A stretch of DNA of 64,000 bases from Hemiscyllium ocellatum. Its lineage: Eukaryota. The position numbers and the translations under genes are program-made. The notes beneath the pieces are model-generated. The model did no database searches, was not told where the DNA came from, and was given only the letters and a program-made list of their open reading frames with translations. Positions within the stretch are counted from its first letter, which is position 1; each line of letters starts with the position of its first letter. Positions 60,135 to 64,000 of the stretch are shown one piece after another. The DNA lies in contig NC_083424.1 in assembly GCF_020745735.1 (NCBI RefSeq), positions 49,834,999 to 49,898,998 of the forward strand, written 5' to 3'.

Positions 60135-62900
60135 GAAAGCAAAACAATGGACATTGTCGATGTGGACTTCTGCAAGGCATTCGTCAAGATTCTGCATGGT
60201 AAACTGGTGAGCGAGGTTGGATCATATGGAATCCAGGGAGAGCTAGTCATTGGGTTACAAAATTGGATTGAATGTAGGAGACAGATGATGGTAGTGGAGG
60301 GTTCTTTTTCAGACTGTAGGCTTGTGCCACAAGAATCAATGCTGAGTCCACTGCTTTGTGTTACTTATATGAATGACTTGGATGTACCTATATGAAGAAT
60401 GGTTATTAAGTTTGTAGATGATACCAAAATTGGTGGTGCAGTGGACAGTGAAGAAGCTTATTTTGATCATTGGATCAAGGAGTGGCAAATAAAGATAAAT
60501 GTGATGTGTGACATTCGGGTCCTGGGGACTGTTGTCAGACAAAGGGACTTTGAGGTGCAGTTTCATAATTCCTTGAAGGTGAATTTGCAGGTAGGCAGGG
60601 CAGTGAAGCAAGTGTTTGGTACAGTTGTCTTTATTGGTCAGTGCTTTGAGGATAGGAATTGGGACATCATGTTGCAGATGTACATGAAATTGCTGGGGCC
60701 ACTTTTGGAATACTGCATTCAATTCTGGTCTCCCTGCTACAGGAAAGATGTTGTTGAAAGGATTCTGAAAGGATTTACAAGACATTGCCAGGACTGGAGA
60801 GTTTGAGCTGGAGGAAAAGCTGAATAGGATGAGACTACTTTCCCTGGAGTATTGGAAGATTAAGGGGTGATCTTTTAGAAGTTTATAACATCATGAGGGG
60901 CCTGGATAGGATGAATAGACAAGATCATTTTCTCGGGGTAAGAGAGTCCAAAACTAGAGGTCATAGGTTTTAGGTGAGAGGGGAAAGATTTAAAAGGAAC
61001 CTAAGGGGCAACATTTTTCAGGGGGTGCTTGTGCATAGAATGAGATGCTAGAAGAGGTGGTGGAGGCTGGTAGAATGATAACATTTAAAAGGCATCTATC
61101 TGAAGGCATCCAAAATATTTCAAGTACCGTAGATGGGTCAGTTTTTGTCCATTGTGTGCAGGAGGGTTTCCTGACACAGTATGTAGATAGGCCAACAACA
61201 GGCAAGGCCATATTGGATTTGGTACTGGGTAGTGAATAGGGCCAGGTGTTAGGTTTGGATGTAGGTAAACACTTAGGTGATAGCGGCCACAATTCGATTA
61301 CATTTACTTTCGTGATGGAAAGGGATAGGTATATATTGCAAGCTGGGGTGAAGGCAATTATGGTGCAATTAGGCAAGATTTAGGATGCATAGGATAGGAA
61401 AGGAGACTGCAGGGGAAGGGCACAATTGAAATGTGGAGCTTGTTCAAGGAATAGCTACTGCATGTCCTTGATAAGTGTGTACCTGTCAGGCAGGGAGGAA
61501 GTGGTCGAGCAAGGGAACTGGTTTACTAAAGAAATTGAATCTCTTGTCAAGAGGAAGATTACAAGGATAGTAGTGAGAAGTTGTGCATGGAGTCTGAAGA
61601 GATAGAAAAGGCGTTAAATGAATATTTTTCATCAGTACTCACACAGGAGAAAGACAATGTTATCAAGAAGAATTCTGAGATGCAGGCTGTTAAAGTAAAT
61701 GGGATTGAGGTTCTTAAGGAGGAGGGGTTAGCAATTCTGGAAAATATGAAAATAGATGCCTGGGCTGGATGGGATTTATCCCATGATTCTCTGGGAAGCC
61801 AGGGAGGAGTTTGCAGAGCCTTTGGCTTTGATCTTTATGTTGTCATTGTCTACAAGAATAGTGCCAGAAGACTGAAGGATAGCAAATGATGTCCCCTTGT
61901 TCAACAAGAGGAGTAGAGACAACCCTGGTAATTATAGACCGGTGAGCCTTAATTCGGTTGTGGGTAAAATTTTGGAAAAGATTGTAAGAGATAGGATTTC
62001 TCATCATCTAGAAAGGAATAATTTGATTGGGGATAGTCAACACGGTTTTGTGAAGGGTAGGTTGCACCTCACAAACCTTACTGATTTCTTTGAGAAGGTG
62101 ACAAAACAGGATGATAATGGTAAAGCAGTTGATGTGGTGTATATGCTTTCAGTAAAGCATTTGATAAGGTTCCCATATTAGGCTATTGCAGAAATTATGG
62201 AGGCATGGGATTGACGGTGATTCAGCAATTTGGCGTAGAATTTGGCTCGCTGAAAGAAGACAGAAGGTGGTGGTAGATGGGAAACGTCAATCCTAGAGTT
62301 CAGTTACTAGTGGTGTACCACAAGGATTTGTTTTGGGCCACTGCTGTTTGTCATTTTTATAAATGACCTGGATGAGGGCATAGAAGGATGGGTCAGCAAA
62401 TTTGCAGATGACACGAAAGTCGGTGGAGGTGTGAACAGTGCAAAAGAATGTTGCAGGTTATAGGGGGACATAGATAAGCTGCAGAGCTGGGCTGAGCAGT
62501 GGCAAATGGAATTTAATCTGGAGAAGTATGATATAATTCACTTTGGAAGGAGTAACAGGAATACAGAGTACTTGGCTAATGGTAAAATTCTTGGTAATGT
62601 GGATGAGCAGAGAGAGCTCAATGTCCATGTGCATAGATTCCTGAAAGTTGCCACCCAGGCTATAGGAAGGATGTGGGAGCGTTAGAAATGGTGCAGAGGA
62701 GATTTACCAGGATTTTGCCTGGTATGGAGGGAAGATCTTTTGAGGAAAGGCTGAGGGACTTGAGGCTGTTTTCATTAGAGAGAAGAATGTTAAGAGGTGA
62801 CTTCATAGAGACATGCAAGATGATCAGTGGATTAGATAGGATGGACAGTTAGACAATGGTGATGGCTAGCAAAAGGGGTGATAGATGTAGGATAGATGTC
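60135..62900 (+). mobile_element. Two adjacent degenerate CR1 copies
   Basis: FVDDTKIGGAVD, YCIQFWSPCYRKDV; DNPGNYRPVSL..DSQHGFVKGR; tttgcagatgac at 62401. Confidence 0.88.
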
Positions 62901-62927
62901 TGAGGTAAGTTCTGTGCTCAGAGAGTA

Positions 62928-63250
62928 GATTAGATTCCCTCCAGTGTGCAAACAGACCGTTCAGCCCAACAAGTCCACACCGACCCTCTGAAGAGCAACT
63001 CACCCAGACCCATTCCCCTACATTCACCCCTGACTGATGCACTTAACAATACAGGCAATTTAGCATGGCCAATTCACCTAACCTGCACACCTTTAGACTG
63101 TGGGAGAAAACCGGAGTACCTGGAGGAAACCCACGCAGACACGGGGAGAATGTGCAAACTTCACACAGACAGTTGCCCGAGGTGGGAATTGAACCCAGGT
63201 CCCTGGCACTGTTAGGCAGCAGTGCTATCCACTGAGCCTCTGTGCTGCCC
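62928..63250 (-). mobile_element. HE1/V-SINE
   Basis: Minus strand GGGCAGCACAGAGGCTCAGTGG..GGTTCAATTCCC head, V core, TCTAA tail. Confidence 0.88.
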
Positions 63251-64000
63251 ATTAGAATGCCTGCAACATTAGAAGACTTGCAAACTTTAAAGTATTTAAA
63301 TGGTCATTGGATAAATATATGGATGTTAATGGAAAAGTGTATGTTAGATGGGCTTCAGATTGGTTTCACAGGTTGGCGCAATATCGAGGGCTGAAGGGCC
63401 GGTACTGCACCAGAATGTTCTATGTTATGTGTTCTACCTGGATATCTGAATAAGAAGGGTTTAAAGAGAAATGGGTCAGCTGCTTCAAATAGGCAAAATA
63501 GTTAGATCCGGTCGATGAGATGGACCAAAGGGTCTGTTTCCGTGCTGCATAACTCTATGACTCTATGACTCCGTAATTTACTGCCATCCAACTATCTTGC
63601 TGTGTCCAACACATTTACAATCTGAATAAACATTTCCACAAATGATATATTCGCAAGTGTTAGTATTTAAGTCACATCAGACTCAAAGGGCTAAGTGGCT
63701 TACTCCTGCCTCTATTTTCTATGTTTCTATGTGGATCCTCGAATCTTGATGCTTTGATGGTGGCTGAAGATGCAGTTGGTCTAGGCCAGGGATTCCATTG
63801 GCTTGGGTTTTCCTTGAGGCTTCCTCAGCATCTTCACAGTTGCATGATTGGCCTGCCCTGGTCTGGGGTTCCTTTAGGTAGCTTCGGTGGTGTCCTAGGA
63901 ATCCTTTCGGCAGCTTCCAGGGCTGTTTTCATTGGCACGATCTGGGTCTGCCTGTGGCAACCTCAGTCAGTCTGTGACAATATACAGCATTTTCTTCAGC

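Overview
Eukaryotic, vertebrate genomic DNA, almost certainly from a shark. The repeat families (HE1/V-SINE, CR1/HER1-type LINEs, Deu-domain SINEs) and the Ig light-chain sequence are elasmobranch-type; a carpet shark is my guess, not shown. Most of the window is decayed retroelements: many CR1 copies, L2-like fragments, Penelope-like elements (PLEs) with GIY-YIG endonuclease, a nested Ty3/Gypsy element and a Rex1/Babar LINE. Two host sequences are recognisable. One is an intact 3-exon hes5-like bHLH-Orange-WRPW gene (53213-53944, +, 169 aa) with CSL, N-box, E-box, SOX and CTCF motifs around it. The other is an orphan, 3'-truncated Ig light-chain (shark lambda/type II-like) constant exon (13263-13480, -) cut off by a PLE terminal repeat; I found no V/J in the window. 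The most striking non-coding signal is at least four families of short PLE-derived repeats carrying minimal hammerhead-ribozyme motifs (CTGANGA-N-stem II-GAA-palindrome-H) whose stems covary between families. Several are inserted as inverted-repeat hairpins or short tails with 10-15 bp target-site duplications. Boundaries of old repeats are approximate (tens of bp); family names come from motif recognition, not database searches.
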